A stretch of 64,000 bases of DNA from Macrostomum lignano. Its lineage: Eukaryota. A program made the position numbers and the translations under genes. The stretch covers positions 96,669-160,668 of the forward strand of contig NIVC01002578.1 of the NCBI GenBank assembly GCA_002269645.1. The letters are read 5' to 3'. Under the pieces are notes generated by a model. It ran no database searches. It saw nothing but the letters and a program-made list of their open reading frames with translations, and was not told the origin of the DNA. Shown one piece after another: positions 13,448 to 25,430 of this stretch. The number at the start of each line of letters is the position of its first letter. The first letter of the stretch is position 1.

Positions 13448-15210
13448 ATCGTTTTGATAACATAAATCGTCGCACTTATATAATTCAACACTTTCAAAAC
13501 TCCACGCACAGAGTAAATCACGCGAAGCAGTTATGACATAATTTCTCAGCCAGTCTATCAGTTTCAAATAAAGTCACCAATATGGTTACGCAATCTAAAT
13601 CTAAATTCAATGGCGCTGGCTTGAATGTATCAGTTTCAAATAAAGTCACCAATATGGTTACGCAATCTAAATCTAAATTCAATGGCGCTGGCTTGAATTG
13701 TGGAGTTGCGATAAAGTAGGGGTTTGCGATATTGGAGAGCGTACAATGAGTATATAAAGTAAAGTTCATAGGAATCTTCTTTTTAATGATGTGCTTTTAA
13801 TTTTTCGAATCTAAGCAAAAAATTATATTCCCGAACTCAGCGTTTCAAGCTCTTTCTAGCAATACAAGGCTCTCTTCTGAAAGTAAAAAACTCGAAGCAC
13901 AAACAACAATTGAACATTCCTGCTATAAAGCATTCAAATTCATAAGGTGTACATTCAGCGCTAGCTACAGTGAGAGGCCTGCAAGTTGATGCATTGAAAT
14001 TAACAACCAAGCCAGCCCATGAATAATTGAATAGCGACAACCGCCCCTCAATTAAAATGTGTTGCGCAACCTTTCAACGCTTGTAGCTCTCCACGCGAGT
14101 GTAGAGAACCAATGCTATAGTTGGCACTGAGTTATGATGCAATACAATTCCATCGGCAGTCAGACTGCTTCTCAATCGGAAAGAACTGTTTGAACTTTAA
14201 AAAACAGGGAGAAAATAGAGTTTTTCGAATATTTAAGCCCGAAAAAATGAAGCAATTTCTTAGCAAAATTTTGTGTACCAGCGCACCATCAATACGCATC
14301 GAATGCAGAAAACCCCACGAAATTCCGACTATGTAGAGTCAAGTTAAGCAAAGGTTCCTATAGGTACATAGTTTTGATTTTTAGTATATTGGATGGAATG
14401 TACTATAGAAAGGAATTAGGCCTAATCTAATATTTATATTGATCAAATCAATAAAGCAATATGCAATTTATCTATTTTAATATCAAATTCTTAACTATTA
14501 CCTATTATCATTAATAAACATGATTTTTGTATGGTTAGATTTTGATTTGATACTTTTGGTATACTATAAGCTGTATAGGACTAGTATAGTAGTAAGACTT
14601 GTAGGAGTGTAGGACTCAACAAACTGACTCTGAGCTTACATTGCATAGTAGTAGTAAAAGTAGCTAGCTATAACTAATATAGTTTTTATTATACTTTATC
14701 TGTATGGTACAAGCATGCTAAATGACCTTTTTTGAGTGGTCTGGTAGCCAAAATCAGAAAACCAGTTTTGAAACTAGTTTTGGCCAAAAACTGGGATTTT
14801 AAAACCAATTAACCAGTTCCACAAAATTGAGGGTTTTTGGCATCCCTAGTTGGCACCCATTTTATGGCTATCTGAATTGAATCAATGCAGAGTTTAGTGT
14901 CTTTCTCAAAGACAAATTGTTTCAATGTGTTGAGAGTTAAATATCCCCAGCCCCAACTTTCAAGTTGTGAGTCTAAGGCTTTATATTAGTAGGTAAATGT
15001 TATTAATTATAGGAAATGTATGCTTCTTTAACTTTATGTTCTACCTAAAAACAGGTATTTAGAACTTCCAAAAGTATCAGTACCTACAATTAAACTCTAT
15101 AATATTATTGCAATTGAATATTTAGCTATTGTATTATATTTTAAATTCTTTTCATTATAAAAAAAAGTTTTTAATATTTTCAGTCTAATAGCACTGTAGC
15201 CCCCGAGCAA

Positions 15211-16811
15211 ATGGACACGGTACTGGCCTCTATGCTGACTGTGCTCCAAGCCGCAGCCTTCATCATTTTTCCCAATGTTGGTGGTGCTGTTGGCTCCATA
15301 GTGACTGGCAAAGAGCTCAAAGATTGGTACCTCAAGCTCAACAAGCCGCCATGGACTCCACCAAACTGGGTCTTCCCACCAATGTGGATCTTCTTGTACT
15401 CGTGCATCGGCTTTGCTAGCTGGATCGTGTTCCTTCATGTGGGATTTCAAAATGTTGGAATGTATCTTTATGCCGCCCAGCTGGCTTTGAACTGGGCTTG
15501 GTCGCCCCTGTTCTTCGGCGCTCACTGGTGCGTATTGTGTTTGTCACATTGTTTGTTTTTATGCAGAATTTACACTGATTTCTGCAAATCTGAATCTTGA
15601 GATTCTTCACCCAACCCGAATCTTAACCCTAACCGATTCTTTACTCAACCCGATTCTTCACCTAACTCGAATCTTCACCCAACCCGAATCATCACCCAAC
15701 TCGAATCTTCACTTAACCAGAATCTTCACCCAACCCGAATATTTACCCAGCCCGAATCCTCACCCAACTCGAATCTTCACCCAACCCGAATCTTTACCCA
15801 ACCAGAATCTTCACCCAACCCGAATCTTTACCTAACTCGAATCTTCACCCAACCCGATCGAATCATCACCCAACTCGAATCTTCACTTAACCAGAATCTT
15901 CACCCAACCCGAATCTTCACCCAACCCGAATCTTCACCCAACCCGAATCTTCACCCAACCCGAATCTTCACCCAACCCGAATCTTCACCCAACCCGAATC
16001 ATCACCCAACTCGAATCTTCACTTAACCAGAATCTTCACCCAACCCGAATATTTACCCAGCCCGAATCCTCACCCAACTCGAATCTTCACTCAACCCGAA
16101 TCTTCACCCAACTCGAATCTTCACTTAACCAGAATCTTCACCCAACCCGAATCTTCACCCAACCCGAATCTTCACCCAACCCAAATCTTCACCCAACCCA
16201 AATCTTCACCCAACCCGAATCTTTACCCAACTCGAATCTTCACTTAACCAGAATCTTCACCCAACCCGAATCTTCACCCAACTCGAATCTTCACTTAACC
16301 AGAATCTTCACCCAACCCGAATCTTCACCCAACCCAAATCTTCACCCAACCCGAATCTTCACCCAACCCGATTCTTCACCCAACCCGAATCTTCACCCAA
16401 ACCGATTCTTCACCCAACCCGATTCTTCACCCAACCTGAATCTTCACCCAACTCGAATCTTTACCCAACCCGAATCTTCACCCAACCCGAATATAACTCA
16501 ACCGAGTCTTCACCCAACTCGAATCTTCACCCAACCCGAATCTTGAATGAAGCGATACTGTTAGACCATTATGGTTTATTTTAGTTATTAGCCATTAAAC
16601 TTGTCTTTGCAGGGTGGCCCTAGCCGCACTGGACATGATGGCCATGATTGGCCTTTCAATCGCCTGTGGCATCGAGTTTTACCAAGTCAACCCCGTTGCT
16701 GGGGCCCTCATTGTGCCCTACCTGCTCTGGCTGAGTCTGGCTCTGTCAATCAATGTCTACGTTTATTTTTATAACGACACCGCAGTGTTGCGCAACGAAA
16801 AGAAGACCTGA
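15211..16811 (+). CDS. TSPO: Translocator protein TSPO/MBR paralog 1 (171 aa); exons 15211-15527, 16613-16811
   Basis: Motifs LNKPPWTPPNWVFPPMW, YAAQLALNWAWSPLFFGAH and PYLLWL. GT-AG phase-2 intron gives a contiguous ORF. Confidence 0.97.
15600..16545. repeat. 17-bp tandem array (TTCACCCAACCCGAATC) filling the TSPO1 intron
   Basis: About 55 units read directly. Confidence 0.95.
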
Positions 16812-17227
16812 CATCCATTTGAAAAAACTATCATGGAATAACTGATCGCGTAATAATCGCAAAATAGTTGTGTTGATTGATTGAAGAGAATGCGCATTAC
16901 TAAACCAAAAGTGCCTTCATTGACAAGCAATCAATTATTTAACTGATAATTTCAGTAAATTTCTATCTGTATTTTATCACAATCCTACATTTTTACGTTG
17001 TTTTGCATTGGATTTTGTCAAAGAAAATAAATTTGAATCGTTGCTATATTAGTTTGATTTGTGGTCAATTTATATTGGTTGATTTATTTTTATTTGTTTT
17101 TTTTATAACAGCACCACAGCTGCAGATTTGCGTATGTCTTGTTAGAGTTCATTGGAAGGTCAACTAAAATGTAAAAGGGAGAGGACCGTGTCGAACCTGT
17201 CTGTAGCGTAGTCTTCGGTCTGTGTAA

Positions 17228-19872
17228 TAGTGAGTTGGAACCCGGGGTAGTGTTGGGTTGGAACCCGGGGTAGTGTTGGGTTGGAACCCGGGGTAGTGTT
17301 GGGTTGGAACCCGGGGTAGTGTTGGGTTGGAACCCGGGGTAGTGTTGGGTTGGAACCCGGGGTAGTGTTGGGTTGGAACCCGGGGTAGTGTTGGGTTGGA
17401 ACCCGGGGTAGTGTTGGGTTGGAACCCGGGGTAGTGTTGGGTTGGAACCCGGGTAGTGTTGGGTTGGAACCCGGGGTAGTGTTGGGTTGGAACCCGGGGT
17501 AGTGTTGGGTTGGAACCCGGGGTAGTGCTGGGTTGGAACCCGGGTAGTGTTGGGTTGGAACCCGGGGTAGTGTTGGGTTGGAACCCGGGGTAGTGCTGGG
17601 TTGGAACCCGGGGTAGTGTTGGGTTGGAACCCGGGGTAGTGTTGGGTTGGAACCCGGGGTAGTGCTGGGTTGGAACCCGGGGTAGTGTTGGGTTGGAACC
17701 CGGGGTAGTGCTGGGTTGGAACCCGGGGTAGTGTTGGGTTGGAACCCGGGGTAGTGTTGGGTTGGAACCCGGGGTAGTGCTGGGTTGGAACCCGGGGTAG
17801 TGGGGGGGGGGAGTTGGAACCCGGGTTAGTGGGGGGAGTTGGAACCCGGGTTAGTGGGGGGGGAGTTGGAACCCGGGTTAGTGGAGGGTTGGAAACCGGG
17901 GTAGTGTGGAGTTAGAACCCGGGTTAGTGAGGGGGGAGTTGGAACCCGGGTTAGTAGGGGGGGGGGAGTTGGAACCCGGGTTAGTGGAGGGTTGGAACCC
18001 GGGGTAGTGTGGAGTTAGAACCCGGGTTAGTGAGGGGGGGGAGTTGGAACCCGGGTTAGTAGGGGGGGGGGGTTGGAACCCGGGTTAGTGGAGGGTTGGA
18101 ACCCGGGTAGTGTGGAGTTAGAACCCGGGTTAGTGGGGGGAGTTGGAACCCGGGTTAGTGGGGGGGGAGTTGGAACCCGGGTTAGTGGGGGGGAGTTGGA
18201 ACCCGGGTTAGTGGGGGGGAGTTGGAACCCGGGTTAGTGGGGGGGAGTTGGAACCCGGGTTAGTGGGGGGGAGTTGGAACCCGGGTTAGTGGGGGGGAGT
18301 TGGAACCCGGGTTAGTGGGGGGGAGTTGGAACCCGGGTTAGTGGGGGGAGTTGGAACCCGGGTTAGTAGGGGGGGGAGTTGGAACCCGGGTTAGTGGGGG
18401 GGGGAGTTGGAACCCGGGTTAGTGGGGGGGGAGTTGGAACCCGGGTTAGTGGGGGGGAGTTGGAACCCGGGTTAGTGGGGGGGGAGTTGGAACCCGGGTT
18501 AGTGGGGGGGGGGAGTTGGAACCCGGGTTAGTGGGGGGGAGTTGGAACCCGGGTTAGTGGGGGGGAGTTGGAACCCGGGTTAGTGGGGGGGAGTTGGAAC
18601 CCGGGTTAGTGGGGGGGAGTTGGAACCCGGGTTAGTGGGGGGATTTGGAACCCGGGTTAGTGGGGGGGAGTTGGAACCCGGGTTAGTGGGGGGAGTTGGA
18701 AACCGGGTTAGTGGGGGGGGAGTTGGAACCCGGGTTAGTGGGGGGAGTTGGAACCCGGGTTAGTGGGGGGGAGTTGGAACCCGGGTTAGTGGGGGGGAGT
18801 TGGAACCCGGGTTAGTGGGGGGGGGGGAGTTGGAACCCGGGTTAGTGGGGGGAGTTGGAACCCGGGGTAGTGTTGGGTTGGAACCCGGGGTAGTGTTGGG
18901 TTGGAACCCGGGGTAGTGCTGGGTTGGAACCCGGGGTAGTGGGGGGGGGGAGTTGGAACCCGGGTTAGTGGGGGGGAGTTGGAACCCGGGTTAGTGGGGG
19001 GGGGAGTTGGAACCCGGGTTAGTGGAGGGTTGGAAACCGGGGTAGTGTGGAGTTAGAACCCGGGTTAGTGAGGGGGGGAGTTGGAACCCGGGTTAGTAGG
19101 GGGGGGGAGTTGGAACCCGGGTTAGTGGAGGGTTGGAACCCGGGGTAGTGTGGAGTTAGAACCCGGGTTAGTGAGGGGGGGGAGTTGGAACCCGGGTTAG
19201 TAGGGGGGGGGGAGTTGGAACCCGGGTTAGTGGAGGGTTGGAACCCGGGGTAGTGTGGAGTTAGAACCCGGGTTAGTGGAGGGGGGAGTTGGAACCCGGT
19301 TAGTGGGGGGGGGAGTTGGAACCCGGGTTAGTGGAGGGTTGGAACCCGGGGTAGTGTGGAGTTAGAACCCGGGTTAGTGAGGGGGGGGAGTTGGAACCCG
19401 GGTTAGTAGGGGGGGGGAGTTGGAACCCGGGTTAGTGGAGGGTTGGAACCCGGGGTAGTGTGGAGTTAGAACCCGGGTTAGTGGGGGGGAGTTGGAACCC
19501 GGGTTAGTGGGGGGGAGTTGGAACCCGGGTTAGTGGGGGGAGTTGGAACCCGGGTTAGTGGGGGGGAGTTGGAACCCGGGTTAGTGGGGGGAGTTGGAAC
19601 CCGGGTTAGTGGGGGGAGTTGGAACCCGGGTTAGTAGGGGGGGGAGTTGGAACCCGGGTTAGTGGAGGGTTGGAACCCGGGGTAGTGTGGAGTTAGAACC
19701 CGGGTTAGTGAGGGGGTGAGGGGGGGAGTTGGAACCCGGGTTAGTAGGGGGGGGGGAGTTGGAACCCGGGTTAGTGGGGGGGGGGTTGGAACCCGGGTTA
19801 GTGGGGGGGGAGTTGGAACCCGGGTTAGTGGGGGGGGAGTTGGAACCCGGGTTAGTGGGGGGGGGGTTTAAA
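17228..19872. repeat. G-rich tandem array (GTTGGGTTGGAACCCGGGGTAGT 23-mers and GTTGGAACCCGGGTTAGTG5-10A units) with higher-order blocks
   Basis: About 2.6 kb with strong G-strand asymmetry. Confidence 0.97.
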
Positions 19873-20079
19873 CCCGAAGGTTGCAAGAAGGGGCAGAGTT
19901 CGCTCCGACGGTCAGCCCAGAAGAAGCATTGCCCTGTGAAAAGCAACCAGTGACCTGTGTAGGTCATAGTGAGAGCGCGGATATCTTTTCGATGTTGGTT
20001 TAGACTTGGTTTAGACACTGTCTGAAATGACAAACATTGTTTAGCTAACTTTATTGACCCCACAGCTCCCAGTTGCGCC

Positions 20080-21121
20080 ATGTCTCACCTACTAGCAAAC
20101 GCCTCAGCCTACCTGAAACCTGCCGCATTTGTGATCGCGCCACACCTTGGCGGCGCATTCGGCGCTATTGTCACTCGCAATGAGATCCCGGTCTGGTACC
20201 GTCGGATCAACAAACCGCCGTGGACGCCGCCAAACTGGGTGTTCGGGCCTATGTGGTCGTTTTTGTACACGAGTATTGGCTACTCAAGCTGGCTTATTTA
20301 CAAAGAGCTCGGACTGCAGAATAAGCCAATGTACCTGTTTGGTGCTCAGCTGGCTCTTAACTGGGCCTGGTCACCGCTCTTCTTTGGGGCGCACAGGTCT
20401 GTCAGATGCTGGCAACTTTAAACTAAACATTGTTATCAGTCTAGTTTTCTGCTGTCTGTCTCCCCGTGTGGACTATCTCTCCATCTCCCTCTGTGATCTC
20501 TCTCCTTTCTCCCATTAACTGTCTCCCACTCCCTTCTCCCTGTCTCCCTCTCCCTATCCCCTTCTCCCATCTCCCTGTCTCCCTCTCCCTATCCAATCTA
20601 CTTGTCTCCCTCTCCCTGTCTCCCTCTCCCTTTCTCCCTCTCTCTGTCTCCCTCTCCCATCTACCTGTCTCCCTCTCCCTGTCTCCGTCTCCCTGTCTCC
20701 CTCTCCCATCTACCTGTCTCCCTCTCCCTGTCTCCGTCTCCCTGTCTCCCTCTCCCTGTCTCCCTCTCCCATCTCCCTCTCCCTTTCTCCCTCTTCTTTC
20801 ACTCCTGGCTTCCTGTTCTATCTTCTCCAATCTCCCCTAGACAGTTTAATCAGTCAAAAAGCAACAGATTAATTTCCACCTGCAGCACCATTTATTCCGC
20901 CATTTTTTTCGCTTTTAACATTCGCCAACAGAGTTGGCCTGTCGGTCATTGACATGGTTGGCATGCTGGGCCTCGCGGCCCTGTGCGCCAACGAGTTCCG
21001 GCCGGTAAGTCAGACAGCCTTCCGTCTCATGCTGCCCTACCTGGGCTGGCTTAGCCTGGCCCTGTCAATCAATGTCTACGTTTGGCTGAACAACGATTCC
21101 AAGACTCTCCGAGGGGATTGA
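20080..21121 (+). CDS. TSPO: TSPO/MBR paralog 2 (168 aa); exons 20080-20396, 20932-21121
   Basis: Motifs INKPPWTPPNWVFGPMW and AQLALNWAWSPLFFGAHR. The second exon VGLSVIDMVG...PYLGWLSLALSINVYVW is missing from the ORF track but joins in phase 2. Confidence 0.97.
20455..20830. repeat. Pyrimidine-rich (CT/CTGT) low-complexity tract in the TSPO2 intron
   Basis: Seen directly. Confidence 0.9.
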
Positions 21122-21574
21122 GCTTAGAGACAGCAAGCACTTGTGACACCTTGTTTATTGGCAATTCACCTATTCACCCTTGATCTATTTCATTAAGTTT
21201 TTAGTTTGACAATCTTGTCCCAGATTTATTGTAGTTGCAAGTTTAACTTTGAATACCAATTATTAAATGAGTGCCTTATTATTTTCGATAATTTGCTGTT
21301 GCTGTGCGTTTCGTAAGAATTTTTCATTTGCACAAAATGGTGCAATTCGATTTTGTTCCGCTTTTCGAATTTCGATTTTCGTGATTTGCCACGGCTCGTG
21401 AGACAAGTTTTAGTGCAAAACAAAAATAGTGTACTATTCTATACTTTAGAAATATTTCGACACAATTGTTTCCCAACGTTTTTCTATCTGTTTCTTGCTT
21501 CTTTTAAATTGCTTTCTTGGTCTTTATCGCTATAAATGGGGCTATACAGTTCCTTTTTAGGTTGTTAAAATCGC

Positions 21575-22122
21575 GTCGTTCGTTGTTAGGATCTCCATTT
21601 GGTTGTTAAAATCGCCCTTTTGGTTGTTAAAACCGCCCTTTTGGTTGTTAGAATCGCCCTTTTAGTTGTTAAAATCGCCCTTTTGGTTGTTAGAATCGCC
21701 CTTTTGGTTGTTAGAATCGCCCTTTTAAATGTTAGAATCGCCATTTTGGTTGTTAGAATCACCCTTTTGGCTGTTAAAATCGCCCTTTTGGTTGTTAAAA
21801 TCGCCCTTTTGGTTGTTAGAATCGCCCTTTTGGTTGTTAGAATCGCCCTTTGGGTTGTTAGAATCGCCCTTTTGGTTGTTAGAATAGCCCTTTTGGTTGT
21901 TAGAATCGCCCTTTGGGTTGTTAGAATCGCCCTTTTGGTTGTTAGAATAGCCCTTTTGGTTGTTAAAATAGCCCTTTTGGTTGTTAGAATCGCCCTTTTG
22001 GTTGTTAGAATAGCCCTTTTGGTTGTTAAAATAGCCCTTTTGGTTGTTAGAATCGCCCTTTTGGTTGTTAGAATCGCCCTTTTGGTTGTTAGAATCGCCC
22101 TTTGGGTTGTTAGAATCGCCTT
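21575..22122. repeat. 21-bp tandem array (GTTGTTAGAATCGCCCTTTTG)
   Basis: About 25 units; it explains the RIALLVV ORF. Confidence 0.95.
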
Positions 22123-22245
22123 CCTAGTGCCCTTGGCTGGAATTTCACGGAAGTCGATCGCCTTAAAAACATCCTTGTAAAGAATAGTTCAGCCAGTTCG
22201 TGAACCTCTCATTCCAGCCAATCAGCCCCTTGCCACGTAACCGAA

Positions 22246-24083
22246 ATGTCGCCAATCTCTGACTACTTGAAACCGGCCGCCTTTGTTCTGCTGCCTCACG
22301 TCGGTGGCATCGGAGGAGCCATAATTACGCGCTCGCAGATCCCGGTCTGGTATAGCAACTTGGTCCGCGCACCCTGGAATCCACCAAAATGGGTATTCGG
22401 ACCCGTGTGGACCAGCCTGTACACTGGCATGGGCTACGCTAGCTGGCTAGTGTACAAAGAGGCCGGACTCAAGAGTACACCTATGTACTTGTACGGTGCT
22501 CAGCTGGCTCTTAATTGGGCTTGGACGCCTATGTTTTTCGGCGCTCACAAGCAAGTGGATTGATTTTATAATAATTTAATCCACTAATTCGCTAATGTAT
22601 TTAGCGGCCGTCTCCGAGGCCCCGAAAACCCTGGGGTTTGGGCCGCAGACACCAGCTGCTACTAATGTCTTGATGGCAGCCGACAGTAGAAGCTATATAG
22701 TCTATGGTCTTAACCCGGGGGTTTCGCGCTGCGTCTGAGGCGGCTTGAGAGGCCCATCTAGGTAATAAAGCATTTTCCTAGCTAATTGAGCCTAGGAGCA
22801 AGCAATTTAAGCCTTATTGGGGGAATCAAGCTATTGAAGACTTGCTTTTCATTGTCGATGACCCAAAAGGGGGTCTATGGAGCAACCAATTTGAGAATCT
22901 GGGCGCGCAATTAATCCCTTTTCACAGTGCTCGTATATCCTTCACGAATAACTTCACTGAAATAACGTCTGCAAATAGATGGCATATCAAAAAAATGATT
23001 GAAATTAACACTGATTTCAGAGAAACCAATCAAAACAGGCAAAGGCAAAACCATGGCATTCAATATAAGCTGAGAACAATCGTGTCTCTCAGGATGCTCA
23101 TCCACTGCATCTTGGGCTGTAGCAAAACTATCGTCACTGCTCTGCTCGCTAAATTCTTCGTCTGCCATATCCATGTTTGTCTAATGAAATCTGTTTTTTT
23201 TCTATGGTTTAAGGCTTGCATAACTGTGGAAAGGATTAAAAGCGCCCAGATTCTCAAATTGGCTGCTCCATAGACCCCCTTTCGGGCCATAGACAATGAA
23301 AAGCAAGTCTTCAATAGCTTGATTTTCCCACTAGGGGTTGAGTCGCTTGCTCCTAGGCTCAATTGGCTTGAAAAATGCTATATAATCTGTGCATTTGGGT
23401 TTACACGCACAGAATTTAATTCAAGATATGTTTGCCATAGCAATGGAGCTTTTGTCTATGGTCCATTCGGTTCATAGCGGCTCTATAGATTCACCCCAAG
23501 ATTTTCATTTAAACATAATTAAGTCATGCTAAAAAGCTCTTTTTGTTTTTCTTATAGTTGAGCTGATTGCATCTTTGACGTCACTTTGTTTGTACATTGA
23601 AATTTGATAAAATTAATTGGATTACACAGGTGTAACTCATGAATGATTGGGCTACCTTGCTACCATAGACAAAAGCTCCATTACTTTCTCTCATCTCTTT
23701 AGTGTACTTTTTATGGACTGTGTGCGTACGTAATTGACGATGACTGCTTCGCCTTCACACTCGCTAGCAAGCCTTATTTGAAAATGACACATCACCTTAT
23801 TTTAATGTAAGCGACCTTGAAAGTTGATCATCTTCACGACTTTTCACTTCACTAAAACCGCAGGGTTGGCCTCGCCTGCCTGGACCTGCTGGCAACCCTC
23901 GGCCTTGTTGTCGCCTGCGCTAAGGAATTCTCGTCGGTGAACCAGACAGCCGGCCGTCTCATGCTGCCCTACATTGGCTGGCTGTGCCTGGCTGCTACCC
24001 TCAACATCTACATCTGGTTCTACAACGACTCGCGCACCCTTAGCGGCGAAGGTGCCTCCCAGCAGGCCAAGTCGAAGAAGTAA
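22246..24083 (+). CDS. TSPO: TSPO/MBR paralog 3 (174 aa); exons 22246-22550, 23864-24083 (GC-AG intron)
   Basis: Motifs PWNPPKWVFGPVW and AQLALNWAWTPMFFGAHK. Exon 2 reads VGLACLDLL...PYIGWLCLAATLNIYIW. The intron position matches paralogs 1 and 2 only with the donor AA|GCAAGT. Confidence 0.93.
22765..23383. mobile_element. MITE/foldback with ~140-bp terminal inverted repeats in the TSPO3 intron
   Basis: 22765-22906 is the reverse complement of 23242-23383 (e.g. TCAAGCTATTGAAGACTTGCTTTTCATTGTC and AATTTGAGAATCTGGGCGC). Confidence 0.8.
23440..23684. mobile_element. Second small inverted-repeat element in the TSPO3 intron
   Basis: AATGGAGCTTTTGTCTATGG (~23442-23461) versus CCATAGACAAAAGCTCCATT (23663-23682), a perfect 20-bp inverted repeat. 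Confidence 0.6.
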
Positions 24084-24574
24084 CTGAAAAAATTGACAAG
24101 AAAGAACTTACTGCACTGTTTCCCTAGCTAATATGTAGTTTTTGAATAGTGTAATTTTTCAATGTTTACTAATATTTACTAATGTTTACTAATATTTAAG
24201 CAGGAAATTTATAGGTAGCTAAATATATATTACAGATCTCGGCTACATACAGAATCTTATAAATGCCTGCGCATTGTTTCTTTTTTGCAACACGTTTATT
24301 CAGCTAAACTGAGCCTGAGGTTTAATATTTAATACAAATTGATCATTTTTCTAGTATGTATTGCTGTTAAATTTTATATACAAGCGTACAGTGCCGATTA
24401 TAATTGATTATTAATCTTAAATAATTGTTTATTAGTGATTTTCAAGAAAAAATATAGACACTTCCAACTGTATTCCTAAAACTGTGTGACATTTTTATAT
24501 CAAATTTGTTTACTGATGAACTTAAAATTGTTTTTTATTTATTGTCTCTAGCCTTAATTAAAGGTAGTGCGTTT

Positions 24575-25430
24575 CCGGGGGATGCAGTGGGTCTTCAGGA
24601 GATGCAGTGAGTCTTCAGGAGATGCAGTGAGTCTTCAGGAGATGCAGTGGGTCTTCAGGAGATGCAGTGTGTCTTCAGGAGATGCAGTGGGTCTTCAGGA
24701 GATGCAGTGTGTCTTCAGGAGATGCAGTGGGTCTTCAGGAGATGCAGTGTGTCTTCAGGAGATGCAGTGGGTCTTCAGGAGATGCAGTGGGTCCTCAGGA
24801 GATGCGGTGGGTTTTCTGGGGATGCAGTCAGTCTTCAGGAGATGCAGTGGGTCTTCAGAAGATGCGGTGGGTTTTTGGGAGATGCGGTGGGTTTTCGGGA
24901 GATGCAGTGGATCTTCAGGGGATGCAGTCAGTCTTCAGGAGATGCGGTAGGTTTTCAGATGTAGTGTGCCTTCAGGGCCTGCAGTGGGTTCAGGGACTGT
25001 AGTGGGTCTTCAGGAGATGCGGTGGGTTTTCGGGAGATGCAGTGGGTCTTCAGGAGATGCAGTGGGTCTTCAGGAGATGCGGTAGGTTTTCGGGAGATGC
25101 GGTGGGTCTTCAGGAGATGCGGTGGGTTTTCGGGAGATGCAGTGGATCTTCAGGGGATGCAGTGGGTCTTCAGGAAATGCGGTAGGTTTTCGGGAGATGC
25201 AGTGGGTCTTCAGGGAATGCAGTCAGTCTTCAGGAGATGCGGTAGGTTTTCAGATGTAGTGCGCCTTCAGGGCCTGCAGTGGGTTCAGGGACTGTAGTGG
25301 GTCTTCAGGAGATGTAGCGGACCTTCACGGGATGCAGTGGGTCTTCAGGGGATGCGTTGGGTTTTCTGGAGATGTAGTGGGTCCTCAGGGGACGCAGTGG
25401 GTCTTCAAGGGATGCAGTGGGTCGTCAGAG
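24575..25430. repeat. 20-bp tandem array (GATGCAGTGGGTCTTCAGGA)
   Basis: About 42 units, diverging rightwards. Confidence 0.95.

Larger units (their letters stand above)
4415..14393 (-). mobile_element. Compound non-autonomous Helitron (~10 kb, at least 4 fused units)
   Basis: On the minus strand it starts A|TCCAATATACT (14393) and ends CACCCC-GAA-GGGGGCG hairpin...CTAG|T (4415). The empty site rebuilds an AT target. There is an internal CTAG|TC junction at 10648/10647 and another hairpin-CTAG end at 12085. No Rep/helicase ORF. Confidence 0.8.

Noticed and set aside
4137-14850. One hAT-like element (TAGGAATGCC...GGCATCCCTA) enclosing the Helitron block
   Set aside because: The ends look hAT-like but the flanking 8-mers (CTATACCC vs GTTGGCAC) do not form a TSD.
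19659-20081. Pro-rich ORF (PPTNPGSNS) antisense to the TSPO2 upstream region
   Set aside because: Translation of the G-rich array.
24575-25430. CTGAAGA in the 20-bp satellite as a hammerhead core
   Set aside because: No GAAA or stem II/III partner in the unit.
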